From: Diadema antillarum
Lineage: Eukaryota
Reading direction: 5' to 3'
Length of the DNA: 64,000 nt
NCBI RefSeq assembly: GCF_040938485.1
Contig: NW_027271601.1
Location: 1,054,001 to 1,118,000 of the forward strand
Shown: positions 13,499 to 26,562 of the stretch, one piece after another
How positions within the stretch are numbered: position 1 is the first letter of the stretch
Layout of the letters: every line of letters begins with the position of its first letter
Translations under genes and position numbers: made by a program
The notes under the pieces: generated by a model
The model's database searches: none
What the model saw: only the letters and a program-made list of their open reading frames with translations
Told to the model about the DNA's origin: nothing

Positions 13499-15101
13499 GT
13501 GAGTTTCCACCTGTTTCTTGTTCATACACTCCTTGTATTCATTTTCTATGACATGTGCACCTTACTATGAAATCCATATCCTATGTCATGTCATTTGTAC
13601 CTTAGTAATTTCCAATCAGAATGCCTAATATGTTGGCTAATGTTGGATGCAATTTTGTAGCTATCATTGTAAAATTAATTTTAATATTGTCAGATGTATA
13701 TATAATTTTTCTAATAATGACTTTTCTGTAAAAAAAAAAAGAGGTTTGCCTGCAAAGAATAGTCTTGTATTGTATTATCATTATGGTTTTATCTATATGT
13801 TACACAATGCAATTTTCATATTCCTTTGTATATGACATATTTCAAGTGAAATTGGATTTGTAATTATGATTATTAAGAGAACCTATTATCTCCCTCATTT
13901 GAAATCATTCACAAAGACTAGTGTGTAAATCCCAAGAAATGTTAAAACAAGTTTTCATTTTGATGAAATCATACTGATTATTTTGTTCACAACTATTTCA
14001 AATCAGACCAGACACTAGATGCAAGTTTATTGATATCTTCTTCTTCTTTTTACAATAAGATGGTATAAAACTTTTTTTTTTTAAATAGTTACCTGTACTT
14101 CAAACTTTAAAATCATTTCTCCAAATATATCACCTGTCTACAAAACCAACCTGGAAATGTAAGAATATGAAGTTTACAATTTTCATAATTGAATAAATTA
14201 CATTTGAAAATGTTCCTATGTGCCAATACACTTAAAGGGTCAATGGTGATGATTGCAATGCCAAATTTCTGTATTTTTTTCTATGTTTTAAATTTGAGGT
14301 ATGTTTCATCATCAATAGGTCCCCTATAATAATGATAACTATTAAGATTAAAACTTCAACAGATTTTGTGTATTCAAATATTCCATTTACCCTCCTCAGC
14401 TAGTAGTGGACCTATTACTTGAATAAGGAACTTACTTTAAATTCTTGGAAGTTGCCCGAATTTCATCTTCAATATTGAATTATCTTTAATTGCTAGGAGC
14501 CTGCCCTCTTTTGAACCACACTTCTTCCTCAAAAATATTAGGTCCTCTCCATTTGATTCATCAATGCATTCAAGATGGAAGTTGATATGATATGGTCTTA
14601 GAAATACTAAAAGCTCGAGGCTTTTGGCAGTAACTCACTGTCATGGTCAATTTCCTCCATCTCCCATATCAGTACAACTTTAATGCCCTCTGAATCAACC
14701 AATGACACCAGACTGAAAAACAAAACAAAAAGATCAGTACATATAATACCTCAGCCACATTTTACTGAAATTGATTTTATTTTAGCTTGCCTTCATTGAC
14801 TCAATCCCACACCTCGTGTAAAATTTTCCAATTTCTTCATCACTTTGTGTGATTGATGTATGCAATGCTGAAATTTACATGTGCAAATAGCAGTTCTCCT
14901 CACTTTGGAGTCAAGTCACAAACGCATTACAATACTCATTGTAGATAAATCCTCTTGTGTTGGAAAAGACGCCTTATCAGGGATGTCTTACAAAGTGATC
15001 CGTCTCCATCGACGCTTACATGAGCGTGAAAAAGTTTATCCACTCCACGATATCATATCAATCAGGGTGGGAGAGCAAATTAAGCTCCCTGATTGAAGAC
15101 T

Positions 15102-15154
15102 ATGCCACAAGCATCGGTCAGACCACACATCACTCCTTCAATCTCCAATGATCC
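15102..15154 (+). CDS. NPAS3: NPAS1/3 coding exon 1 (MPQASVRPHITPSISNDP)
   Basis: ATG at 15102 follows an in-frame TGA at 15090. Donor CC|GTAAGT at 15155 is phase 2, matching the phase-2 acceptor at 21633. Its length resembles the short first coding exon of vertebrate NPAS3. Confidence 0.75.
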
Positions 15155-17049
15155 GTAAGTGCCCGTGTCAGAGATGGCGGAAAATGTGACAGAGAAGATG
15201 AGAAGGGAAAAAAAAAATCTGGCAAGAATGGTAATGAAAATGCAAGTTGATTCCTGCATGCGCAAGACTGCCTTTTTAAAATCTGCAGGTTAGCTATCTA
15301 TTCACTCTGTCCTCATGTCTTGACTTTTTTATGGTCAAGTGGTGCAGTGGAAATTGATCTGATTGAGTGTGGTTTGAATGGGAAACCATATTTCTTAAGT
15401 GCCTCGATTGTGACTGATTGTAAAAATGGCAGAAGGACCACATTTGTCAGGTGTGACATTCATCAATCCACTTTTGTCCAGGCATTAAAAGCAGTAAACA
15501 TCTGAACTGGTTGGCACACTTTGAAAATTTCTTCTAGGATTACATTAAGTTTGGTTGTGTGAGCTTGATTCATAGTGGATATACTCCTTTATATGTTTTT
15601 CTTCACCACTCCTTGAAGGTACTTTTAGTAGTTAGTCAAGAATCATTGGTTATGTGTACAAATATTGAAAAAACCATATGATTATTTGCAAGAAATCAGT
15701 GGTAAATTCCAAAAACATAAATGAAGATATCATGTTATGATGGAATGGCTGAAATCTAGAGAAGGATCTACCGTGCACAAAGTAATTGTCTATTTAGTTA
15801 TCTATTTCAGTTATCTTAAGATTTCTGCATTCCCCCACCCCCCCCCCCAAAGTCCCATGTCAATAGTCATTGTTGGTTTCTTCAAGTGTGGATTGCTTTT
15901 AATAGTTTTATCTTGTAGTTTTAGAAGTCATATCTGATTTCCAAAAAAACCCACAAAAATATATGATATCATGAATGAAATTACTCAACCATTCAAAACA
16001 AAATTTCATTGGCTTTAGTCTGGCACATATTTGTTTCACAAAAACTAAATAGCTTTCTTTTTTTTTTTGGGGGGGGGCAACTTTTATGTAGAATATTATT
16101 CTTTATGGTGTTGGGCAAAATTTTTTGTTTTTTATTGTAGCGATGTATGTTTGTATGTGCTAAGTTGTTATTACATTCAATATTTCAATTTCAGGTTATT
16201 ATGTCTTGTTTGTGTACATGCAAAGAAAGGAAGAATACTTTTGAAGAAATACGCAAAGATGATGTGAATCATGATTTCTAATGATGCATGGTTGAAAATG
16301 TTGATATGCATACATAACCTGTCACCGTGTCATCCCGATAAATTTGAAGAGCTTGATAAAATCCAAAATGGGGTGATGTAGGTAAAAAGCTATGAGAATT
16401 TGCAGTTGAATTGAAGAGTCTTAAGATGTTATGAATTGAGGAAAAAACCCTCAGAAACACACTTTTGGGGATTTATCAGAAATTTGAGCTGTGAGGTTAG
16501 AGGAAATTAATGTAGGTTACATCATGTTTAATTGCAGGGAATATACTCCAAATAAATTGCAGGTTGTACCTTTTAACAAGTTCTTGTGCAGGTGAAAAAT
16601 GAATGTCTGTGTGCATGTATTGTGATGATAATTGCCTCATGGTATTAATGCAATTAAAAACATTGCTCACATGTCTACTTTTTCTGCCTTTGGAATTTTC
16701 CTGCCACATGCTTGACTGCATCTGAATTTAAAGACCATATTCATTTTCTCAATACTTTCATGCACATAGTATGGTTGGCTTTTTCACTGTTTCTGTTGTA
16801 ATATTTGACAAATAAAGTTAAAGACACAACATACAGCTTATTAAAGTTTATATAATTCAAAGAATCCAAACACATGAAAGTTAAGAAAGCTGATGCTTGT
16901 TGGCTTTAACTGGCTTTCATAACGATTGAAGAATCATATCCATGCGTATGACTGACATCCTATCATAGACTAAAATCTTCATTGGTGAATAAGACTATTT
17001 ATTCTTAATTCTGTGCTGTCATTAAATGGGTTCACTGCATAAGAAAAAT

Positions 17050-17240
17050 TGTGGTATATATTTAGTAATCCCTAGACCTTACAGGAGGCCCCGAGTTCAA
17101 ATCTTGTCTGGTGCTGAAATCCATGACCATGATGTCTATCAAACGTGGCCTTCTTCAAACATACATTGTACGTGTTAAATTCGGTGATGGTAAAACAGAC
17201 ATAATAAAACGGGCCTCTGAAAGAGTAGTGCCAACAATAG
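17050..17240 (+). mobile_element. Degenerate tRNA-derived SINE remnant
   Basis: A-box-like GTGGTATA at 17051 and B-box-like GAGTTCAAATC at 17093; no cloverleaf can be completed. Confidence 0.4.
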
Positions 17241-20200
17241 ACAATACTGTAGACAACTTTTGAATTTTGTGAAAAAGTGTGTAAGAATATTCACCAAACT
17301 AAGGCTATATTATTAGTAGTAAGTTATCATGTTTTAACTGCAAAATTTTAAGATGGAATAGACATCGGATCTGAAGTGAGTGTATCTATGTATCAATGCC
17401 TCATGTTTTACTGTCTTTGATCAGATTGTCTAAATCCCCAAGATTCAGGGATAGTTAAAGATAAACCTCCAAATGAACTAATGCTGGCCTTGCATTTAGA
17501 TTGGAATATAGAATGCAGGGATTTCAGGGTTTTCGTTCACACCCTTTGAGGGACATTGATAATAAGTATCTTGTGAGTGAGATAATCTCTTGAACAGCCT
17601 TTAAATTGTGCCTTGTGCATTTGATAGAAGCAGATGGTGAAATTGGAATGAATCATATGATCAATAAAAATGTGTGCACCATTCAAGTCATCATTCATAT
17701 GAATACATTTTGACATCATTCTATGTGTTTGGTTTTTTTTTAAAGTTTGTTATTGTCACTGAGTAATGATGCCTATGAGCTGGCTGAAACTATGTGTATA
17801 TTTTCATTGTTCTTATCAATTAACTAACAATGTTAAGATTTTACAAATACTTGTGACATCTAGTCTATCAAATTTCACAAATGCCAATACCTGTGTAATG
17901 TTTGGGTTTTTTTTCACTTTGTACTATATAATAGATGTAGATTCAGTCAGGTTGGTTGACTGAGTCAGCAATTTTAGAATTTAACAGATGAAGAAATATG
18001 TGGAGAAGATACTCTAAGCATCTTGTTATCGAGTGGCATCAATAAGGTAGGGCAAAAGATGCTGGTCTAATGATCAAAGAGCAATCCTAGCCTGGGTTAG
18101 AAAGGATCTTAAGATCCGTCATTTATCCCGCCCTATTATACCCAGATACACCCCGGCAATTGTCTTGTCCCCATCTCCATAGCAAGGCTACAGCACTCCT
18201 ATAGTGACTCAGCAATTGTGTGTAATTCTGGTGAATAGCTTCGGCCAGACACCGGTCGAAGTGAGGGGAAGAGAGAAATGGAAAGGTTCTTTCTTGAGGA
18301 GAGATACAGAAGAGATGCAGAAAATGAAAGAAAGGACAACATCTTAAGGGAAAGTGCACCTGGTACTATTGGATGAAGTCGGGAGAAGGAGGCACAGAAA
18401 AGAACATGTGACATTTCTTGGCAAATCTTCCAAATTAAGTATTTCATCCTTTCAATGAGATAAAGTAGGAGGGATCTGTATCTCCACCACTCTTTGAGAT
18501 TTTTTTTTCCCTCCCTGCATGCCATGTGTAGGCATGTAAGTATGTATAGGCATCAAACACCCTTTCCCCCGATACCAGCCATCGCTCTCTCATTGATTCT
18601 GGAGTCCTGGGCATCGGCATTGTTCAAACATAAGATTAAATGTATGAAGCATGGCAACACAAAGCCTATAAATATGCAGGCTAATTTGGCTGAAAGTATT
18701 AAAGTCCTCCTCGGGATGGTTTTATTCATTGACTAGGAAATTATATTAATAACCCCATTTCAAAGGCAAAGGTTAATGTTTGCATAAATTTGTGAAAACA
18801 TTGATTAAGATTTCTGGTATATAGTTCAATTTGTTTGACTATTGTCTTAGGAGCAACCTCCTTGATTCATTCTCCTCAACAGTTTCTGGACTTGGAGAAA
18901 TTGCGATTTAGATTTGTCAGATATTGGAAGACGATGGGGAGCGAGCCAGGAAAGTTCAACACACAGGTTGCTCTGTACTTTGTTACATAAACTCTACACC
19001 TTTCATTTTATTTGAGCAGTATTACTTGATAACCTTCAATTTTCTTGTGACATTTATTATTTTGTTTTTAAAGCGGGCCAGAATATTAATCCTTTGAGAA
19101 AAAAATATTGCAAAACATACTGTTTGTATTGCACCCGCAGATGGTTACATACTTTTGCCCCATCAAATCATGATTCAGTGGATATTTCTTGGTCCTAGTT
19201 TGGCCTGTACAGAATAAATTCATATACCTATGTGAAAACCTTCATGAATAAATATTTGTTTGTGAGACAGAGAAAGATACCTGGAAAAAAAAAAAGTTTT
19301 GGTCTTGAGAATCTACAAAAAAAAAGAACATTCTTTGATTCATAAGCAAGTTGTGTGCTACGCCGAATGAATTATTACCATTACAATCCATTTTTCAGTG
19401 TATGCATTTCTTTGTCTTGGGGGTATCAAGTCTAACAGTGTGTGCTTTCTTCATATCAAATGTTATTGTGAAATGATGTCACTTCATATGTGAAAGTAAT
19501 GTATCTGTACAAATAAGGAAAATGTGTCAATGATATTGATCAGAATTCAAGGCATATGATTACATAGTTGGTATTCCATAAAAGAAGAATTTTGTCTTGT
19601 AAAATGAGTGGTGATTCTGAAGTGTACGTAGCCAAGAATAAGCTTTATGTCACTCATAATGAAAATTGACTAAAGATTTAGCAATATATGTATTAATTTC
19701 ATTTTTGTGCATGAAAATTGCAAATCAGAGTTGTTTTTTCCCCTATGAAATCATACTGAGTGGTAGAGTATCTTTCTGTAAAGAATGAACATCATTTTCT
19801 GCTCACATTGAAAACTTTCAGGAGATGAAATTCTAGTGTCAAATGCAATATAATATTCTTAAGTGCCGTGCATTTAACAGGTAATATCTTTGCTTGTGTA
19901 ACCATTAGTAATGTGGTAATTACTTTTTGATCAATATCTTGTCAAATATGGAATCATTACATTAAACGATAAACACAGCTAAATGATGACTGAAAACTGT
20001 TATGATTTAGCTTAAGAGTAGACTTGGTTGTACTTAATTCAAATCTTATTGTCTATCAAGGGGATACTTGAGAAAAACTTGGAAGATTTAGGGGATGCAA
20101 TGTCATCTGGAGTTGAAGTATCATGACATTCACACCTTTTTAATTTGTGAAAATAAATGTATGAATATTGGTGCCTTTAAATACCTTTCTTGCAATGCAG

Positions 20201-21632
20201 GACACTATAGTAGCATGTTTTTTTTTATTATAAATATGTATCCTTGACGTAAAAGCTTTTTGGATTTCCTCCTGTTTTTAGTGTCATACCTGTGCATTTA
20301 CAGTGGCATCTCGGAAGTAATTATTTTTTAGTAAGCATGTGAAAACTCATTTCTGTGTTACTTATTTTTGGATGTGAGTATTTTTTTTTTTAGAATAGAA
20401 GAAAATGGGAAAATGCCTGTGTAACATCTTAAAGAATGTATAGAATCTTGTCCTATTTGTTTGAAATACTAGTGCTTCTATATCGGAAATAATAAGTATA
20501 ATTGTCCGGATGGAATGAAGTTCTTTGCAGGTTTTCCTGTTTTTAAATGTTCTTAGAAAAGGATGTGCTGATCATCAAGGACAGTTTTAAAGTAACCAAT
20601 TCCTTTGTAATTTGAGAGAGGCTGTATTAATGCAACCTCCTTTGAGGGGAAAAAAATGAGCTCCTACATGAAAATATTCCTCGCAGAGCTCTGTGGAGTC
20701 TTTTTGGGAAGATGGAAAAGAAGAAACAGACTTTGCTGGGAAGAAGTTGCTAACTTAGGGAAGGATATAGCTGACAAGTCTGTCCTACAAAGGAAAGAAG
20801 AAGGGAAGCCTCTTTTATGGGTTAAAGCACTGAAGTACACCTGGGAGCAGCAGAAGAGCCGTTGCTCGAGCTCCCCCATCCCCTCTCCATCGCTATGACG
20901 ATTGGAAGCGGGCGACTTCTGGTAAAGGAGTGCCAGGTTTCCGTCTTATTCCTGTCTTTTTGCTGCCTGCTCATTTCTTCTCTAGATATGGTAGAGTTCA
21001 AATGAGAAGAAATATAATGAGACTGGGCGATAAAGGAGTGTTAAGTCTGTAGGGACCTATTCTCCTCATTGCATTCCAAATGAAGGGGCCGACTACTTGA
21101 GAGCGGGTCGCGTCTGGGGGGCCCTTTGACGCTAGAACCAGATAGTGTAGCAGTATTTGCATCTCATTGTGGCTTTTACAATTGCTCTGTGGGATGCTGA
21201 CAATTTTTGAAAAGTGTCATTTTTTCTCCAAAAAAACCTCATCATTTTGACCAGTGTGATGAGGTCATAAATAGTAAAAGACACAGCTTCTATTGTCTGT
21301 TGATTGACAGTTCTGAACTTATACAATGTAATCCATCATATATGTATGTATATCTGATTTTGTTATGTACGGCTGCAGTACTTATGAAAAAAAGAGCTCT
21401 TTTTTACAAATTACCTTCAATCTTGGCACATTATCACATATGAGATGTGCAATTATGCACAAACACTCATTCTTTAGTGACTCTGTAGCAAGCACAACAA
21501 ACCTGTGATATGTTCATAAGTTCATGAATTATATACCATGCATAATCTTAATAGTCACAACCCTGCCATTCTACCAGTAGCAGCGACTAACAGATTTTTT
21601 TCTTTTTATGTGCCACCCTATCATGCCCACAG

Positions 21633-21898
21633 AATTGCTGCCATCCGCAAAGAGCGCTCACGGGATGCCGCCCGGTCGCGCCGCGGGAAGGAGAACTATG
21701 AGTTCTACGAGCTGGCCAAGCTGCTACCCCTCCCAGCGGCCATCACAAGCCAGCTCGACAAGGCCTCAATAATCCGACTGACCATCAGCTACCTTCACAT
21801 GCGCCACTTTTGTATCCAGGGTGACCCACCGTGGCACAATTACCCAGACACTGTCCCCACCCCTACCAATTCTTCCAGACACCTCCCAGTACTTCAAG
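21633..21898 (+). CDS. NPAS3: NPAS1/3 coding exon 2, bHLH domain
   Basis: Acceptor cccacag; encodes [67 protein letters not shown]...LQ; donor G|GTGAAT. Confidence 0.97.
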
Positions 21899-22635
21899 GT
21901 GAATATTACAATTGAGACATCACTCAATCAAGTTTGATACACTTACATATCATTTCTTCTCCACCCAAGCAGAAATGGAAATAATTAAAGAATGAATGTG
22001 AATTCTCTTTTGGCTGTCAGCAGTAATTGTCTCTCTTCACCTGAGATCATTTATCAAAATAATCTGACAATTTCTGTTCATGTCTTTCAAACAGTTGTGA
22101 TGATAACATTATGGAATAGAAATTATAACATCATATTATGATGTACTAATTTTCATTTTCTACACATATTTTCTTTTCTTGCTTTTCTTACTTGCTGTGG
22201 TATCAATTTATCCTGGTTCAGATTCAAGTTGTTCAAGTTGATTTCACTTCATTGCCAACAATGAAATGGTAAACTTACTGTATTGACAAAAATTTGATAA
22301 AATGCATTTTATGCATTTTCTCATTGTTTGTAAGCTGGTGGCATTTGTCTTGATGTATGAAAACCTTCTTTAATCTTTGATATCACCATAGAATTGTAGG
22401 TTTGATAATAATTATTGCTTTTATTACATTGCCAGATTATTATCATCATTTCTGTATTTGTCATTTTGTGTTGATAACGGATGTTTCTCTTTCAGATAGA
22501 ATTACAACTATGAATAGAAAAAATGTATTATAAATGTAATCAGTAGGCAATTGTATATTATAATCAGTAGTCAACATGAACAACTGAAAGGAGTTATATG
22601 AATGTGATCAACATCATTGTCTTTATGATTGTCAT

Positions 22636-22646
22636 CATCATTATCA

Positions 22647-22677
<31 letters not shown>

Positions 22678-22730
22678 CATTATTACTATTATTATTAATA
22701 TTATTATTATTATTATTGTCATCATTATTT
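22636..22730. repeat. (TAT/CAT)n low-complexity microsatellite
   Basis: Direct reading. Confidence 0.9.
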
Positions 22731-22918
22731 TCATGATTTTTATATATAATCATTAATATTGTAAGCATAAAAGGATAACAGTATTGATGGAACTTAATGT
22801 AGCTTCAACTAAAGCATACAATAGGAGAAGCTTCAGTGCAAAAACTGTATAGACACTAAAAGAGCATGAATATTTTTAGCTTTGACAATTTGTGCCACTA
22901 TATGAAACCATCAAATCA

Positions 22919-23073
22919 NNNNNNNNNNNNNNNNNNNNNNNNNNNNNNNNNNNNNNNNNNNNNNNNNNNNNNNNNNNNNNNNNNNNNNNNNNNNNNNNNN
23001 NNNNNNNNNNNNNNNNNNNNNNNNNNNNNNNNNNNNNNNNNNNNNNNNNNNNNNNNNNNNNNNNNNNNNNNNN
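22919..23073. other. Assembly gap (N run)
   Basis: Ns. Confidence 1.
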
Positions 23074-24299
23074 GCCATGTCTAACCATGAATATAGAGGA
23101 CCTGATATGATTTCTTTCATATTAATTCTTTTTAATTTTCCATCAATTTCTAGTAAGATTATGAAATTAAACATAATGTATTATTGACATCTGCTTTTCC
23201 TAGTCACAAGAAAGTGTAAATTAAACAATGAACTAGATATGTTTTTATATGATTACTTCAATGAAAGCAATAGTATATTTGCAAATTTTTATTTCAGAAT
23301 TGGATTTTTGAAAATGTAGAATAAATCTAAAATTGATATTAAGCCATTTGTCTTTAGTGAAGCTGATTTACAGGCAGATTAAAGTGGAAATGTGGAGGTT
23401 ACCAATCAGACTATACAGGCCATCATACTCAGACAATGTGGCTTACATTCCATGATCAAGTACAGGTCAAAGGTCATTACTGTGGTTTGATGCTTGAAGG
23501 AAGTGCTTTTGCCACCACAATATCCAAAATTACCCATTATTTCCCCATTTTTTGGTATTCAGTATGACATATGTTTATGGCATAATGTACCTATAAATAC
23601 TGTCTGAGTGTGACAAATGGTGAAAGACACTTGTGATTATTCATTATTTCAGCATCAATCATGTTTCCAAGAAGGCATCGAATCAGCATCAATCATGTTT
23701 CCAAGAAGACATCCTTGCTGACATATTATCACACAGAAAGAGAAGAGAATATCGCATGATAATCTGCAAAGTGCACAATTAGACGAACACACAAAATATA
23801 TTATAAGTGTGAACCAGCGTCTGAAATTGAAACAAGGAGACTTTAGTTCATGTACCTTGCAGTGATAGACAAAGACAAAAATGAACAGATAATCTGTCTA
23901 CCACCTGTGTGTGACATTTCATTAGTCTGAAGTCACCAGAAGCAGGGACTACATTCAGACATTCCGAGCTCAGTCATTCAGCAGTTGGCGTATGGAATCT
24001 ACATCTCTTACATTGTTAATTACAGAAACACTTGAGTTTTTTATTCGCTGTGCCTTAGACAGGGAGTCTAACACCCTCCCTGAATGGAGTGGTGAGGGAT
24101 AATAGACTAGGATATGAGCCTACTGATTAGATTAACACCTCTGTCAGTGCCTTTTCACTCACACTGTTTGAAGCTCACTTCAGTGCAGAAAGACATTTTG
24201 TATTGAGAGTGGATTTTGTGTGCTCTTACACATTTGTGCAAGAACATCTTAAATAACTACAATGTACAGTCCTGCAAGAAGGTTTAACAATACATTGAT

Positions 24300-24500
24300 T
24301 TTCACTCATTTTCACTCATTTTGGAGTGACCTCAAGGATCACTCGAAGATTTTGGAGTGATCCCTGAGGTCACTCTAAAACGAGTGAAAATGAACATTTT
24401 CACTCAAAATTCACTCCAATTCCACTCTTAATTCACTCTTTTTTTGTATTCACTCCTTTAAGAGTGAATATTTTCACTCGATTTTTTTAAGAGAGTAGTT
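24300..24500. repeat. CACTC/GAGTG motif array with a long internal hairpin, probable DNA-transposon remnant
   Basis: Repeated TTCACTC; arms GAGTGACCTCAAGGATCACTC and GAGTGATCCCTGAGGTCACTC; ends TTTTTTAAGAGAGTA. Confidence 0.6.
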
Positions 24501-24578
24501 CATCTCATTATTGTTCTGCTTTCTACATTTGTATACAAAGTCTTGATAAATTAGGTTTTTTTTTTCTTCTTCTTGCAG

Positions 24579-24661
24579 GACGCTACGCTCATGTCCAGTC
24601 AGGGGTTAATGCCATAGCCAGAGAAGTCTATGAACACCACCTCGGTAGCCACATATTACAG
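24579..24661 (+). CDS. NPAS3: NPAS1/3 coding exon 3 (bHLH-PAS-A linker)
   Basis: Polypyrimidine tract plus ttgcag; (G)RYAHVQSGVNAIAREVYEHHLGSHILQ; donor CAG|GTGAGT. Confidence 0.95.
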
Positions 24662-24979
24662 GTGAGTAGAGGGATACTTTGGCAGGTACAGAGACACAGT
24701 GACAAAGACTTGAATGGAGGCTAGATGAAGTCCAATTCGATGACAAGTGAATCACATCCAACCCTGGTAATTCAAACATGCTGCATTTGATTTATAAAAA
24801 TAACTGTTATCTCTTGCAACCCAGTGATTGTAAATCTTGTATCATAACAAACCTAAAGTCAATAAGAACTCCAGATTTACAGAGTCAATAATATATGAAC
24901 ATTCAGGTTGACAAACGTGACTGCTTCATCTTTCTTGTCTGTTCCACAGAATTATTACATCTGTCTCTTTTGTGAATAT

Positions 24980-25469
24980 GTGACCCGCTACAACAAAATG
25001 ATCCTAAAGTCGGGCGAGGTCGATTATTTGAAAATTGCATGACACAATTCCCTAATCTTTCTGCTTTAAATTGATATATAACACATCTTATAAAAATAAT
25101 CGGCTGCGGAGATATCGATGTTTAAAAAAGAACATGTCGAGAGGTCTTGGAAATCACTGTTTCGAGAAAAGCGCCCTAAAAGTTCTCCTTGCGAAGCAAT
25201 CACGATCAAGGGACATGCAAGTCAGTATTCACCTCCGGACAATAGAAGGTAAGCCGTAACATGGCCCAGAAAAACGCTATTTTTTAGTCTTTCCTTCCAT
25301 CATTTTGCTTCAAAATTTCGACAGATGATAGAAGACATGTCAGACTCTAATAATATGTCAAATTCAGAAAATCGTAAGTTTTGACCAATTTTGATGCTCT
25401 GACTTCAAACTCGATTTTCACGGCTTCGACCGTGCGCGACTTTAGGACCATTTTGTTGTAGCGGGTCAC
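24980..25469. mobile_element. MITE family B (GTGACCCGCTACAACAAAATG TIRs)
   Basis: ~32-bp TIRs, ATAT on both sides; termini related to family C. Confidence 0.9.
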
Positions 25470-25892
25470 ATATGATATCTGTTCTAGTCATCTACAGAGA
25501 GCAACGAGGTTGTGCTACAATCATCCTGCACATTCATTAGTCATTTTTTTTTCTCTTAAGCAACAAACAATTTTCATCTCCTGTAATCGTCATTTTATCT
25601 CATATCAAAATCAAGTGGATGCAGTCAGATTTACATCCATGATTTGACAAATTTTAATTTGAATTAGTTTGATTAGTTTGAATTTTGAGTAAATAATGGA
25701 AATTTAGGCATTCAAGGCATATGTTGGCCCTTGCAGTGGTGTATTTTTTCAACAGCAGCAGTTAACAAATCAATTTCTTTAAGGTAACAGTTCCACACCA
25801 TCTCTGTCTGGTCTAGGTTGAAATTGAAATTGAAATTTATTCAGTGCTTTCTGCATTGAACACATCACAAATGAAATCCAGTCATTCTTTAA

Positions 25893-26249
25893 AGGGGATG
25901 GCTAGTAACCGATCAGTGGGAATCAGTGGGAATGCTGAGGGATGATTGTTCCAATCCTTGTGGGATTCATTTAAGAGTACATTATATATCTACTGTTGTG
26001 TGAAAATTATTTGCTTCAGAACGGTCTCATATTCAAGTAATGTGCAGATTAATGCCCCGTCACTGACCAGGGACGCTTACCTGGAAACATTAAACTGCAC
26101 ATTACTTGAATATGAGACCATTCTGAAGCAAATAATTTTAACACAAGAATAGATATATAATGTACTCTTAAATGAATCCCACAAGGATTGGAACAATCAT
26201 CCCACAGCATTCCCACTGATTCCCACTGATCAGTTACTAGCCATCCCCT
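25893..26249. mobile_element. Kolobok/T2-like MITE with ~105-bp near-perfect TIRs
   Basis: TTAA|AGGGGATGGCTAGTAAC...GTTACTAGCCATCCCCT|TTAA. Confidence 0.92.
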
Positions 26250-26465
26250 TTAAAACAATGAGACATACTCTGGTACATTCAAACATAACTAAAATTACAT
26301 GTACAATAGACTGATTACAGAATAAAAAGATATGTTGATTTAGAGCTGTTCAGGATAGCAGAATAAACAATTATGTGACTGAATTATAGTAGAGTGTTTA
26401 AATGATAAGGATTGAATTGTTTCCCTATGTAAATAACATTATTTCTTCATTTCTGAATATTGCAG

Positions 26466-26555
26466 AGTCTTGATGGCTTTCTGTTTGTGTTGTTCAGAGA
26501 CGGTCGCTTTCTTTACATCTCCGAGACAGTGTCAATCTATTTGGGACTTTCACAG
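26466..26555 (+). CDS. NPAS3: NPAS1/3 coding exon 4 (PAS-A start)
   Basis: ttgcag|[30 protein letters not shown]|gtaag; phase 0 at both ends. Confidence 0.97.
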
Positions 26556-26562
26556 GTAAGAA

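Noticed and set aside
21538-21632. N-terminal extension MHNLNSH... of the bHLH ORF
   Set aside because: AT-rich intronic read-through containing the pyrimidine tract; the real exon starts at 21633.
22866-23174. ORFs spanning N-gaps (also 42224-42517 and 59693-60144)
   Set aside because: Artefacts of X-translated Ns.
23649-23713. 34-bp-period direct duplication
   Set aside because: Two copies only; an ordinary local slippage duplication, not a CRISPR-like array.
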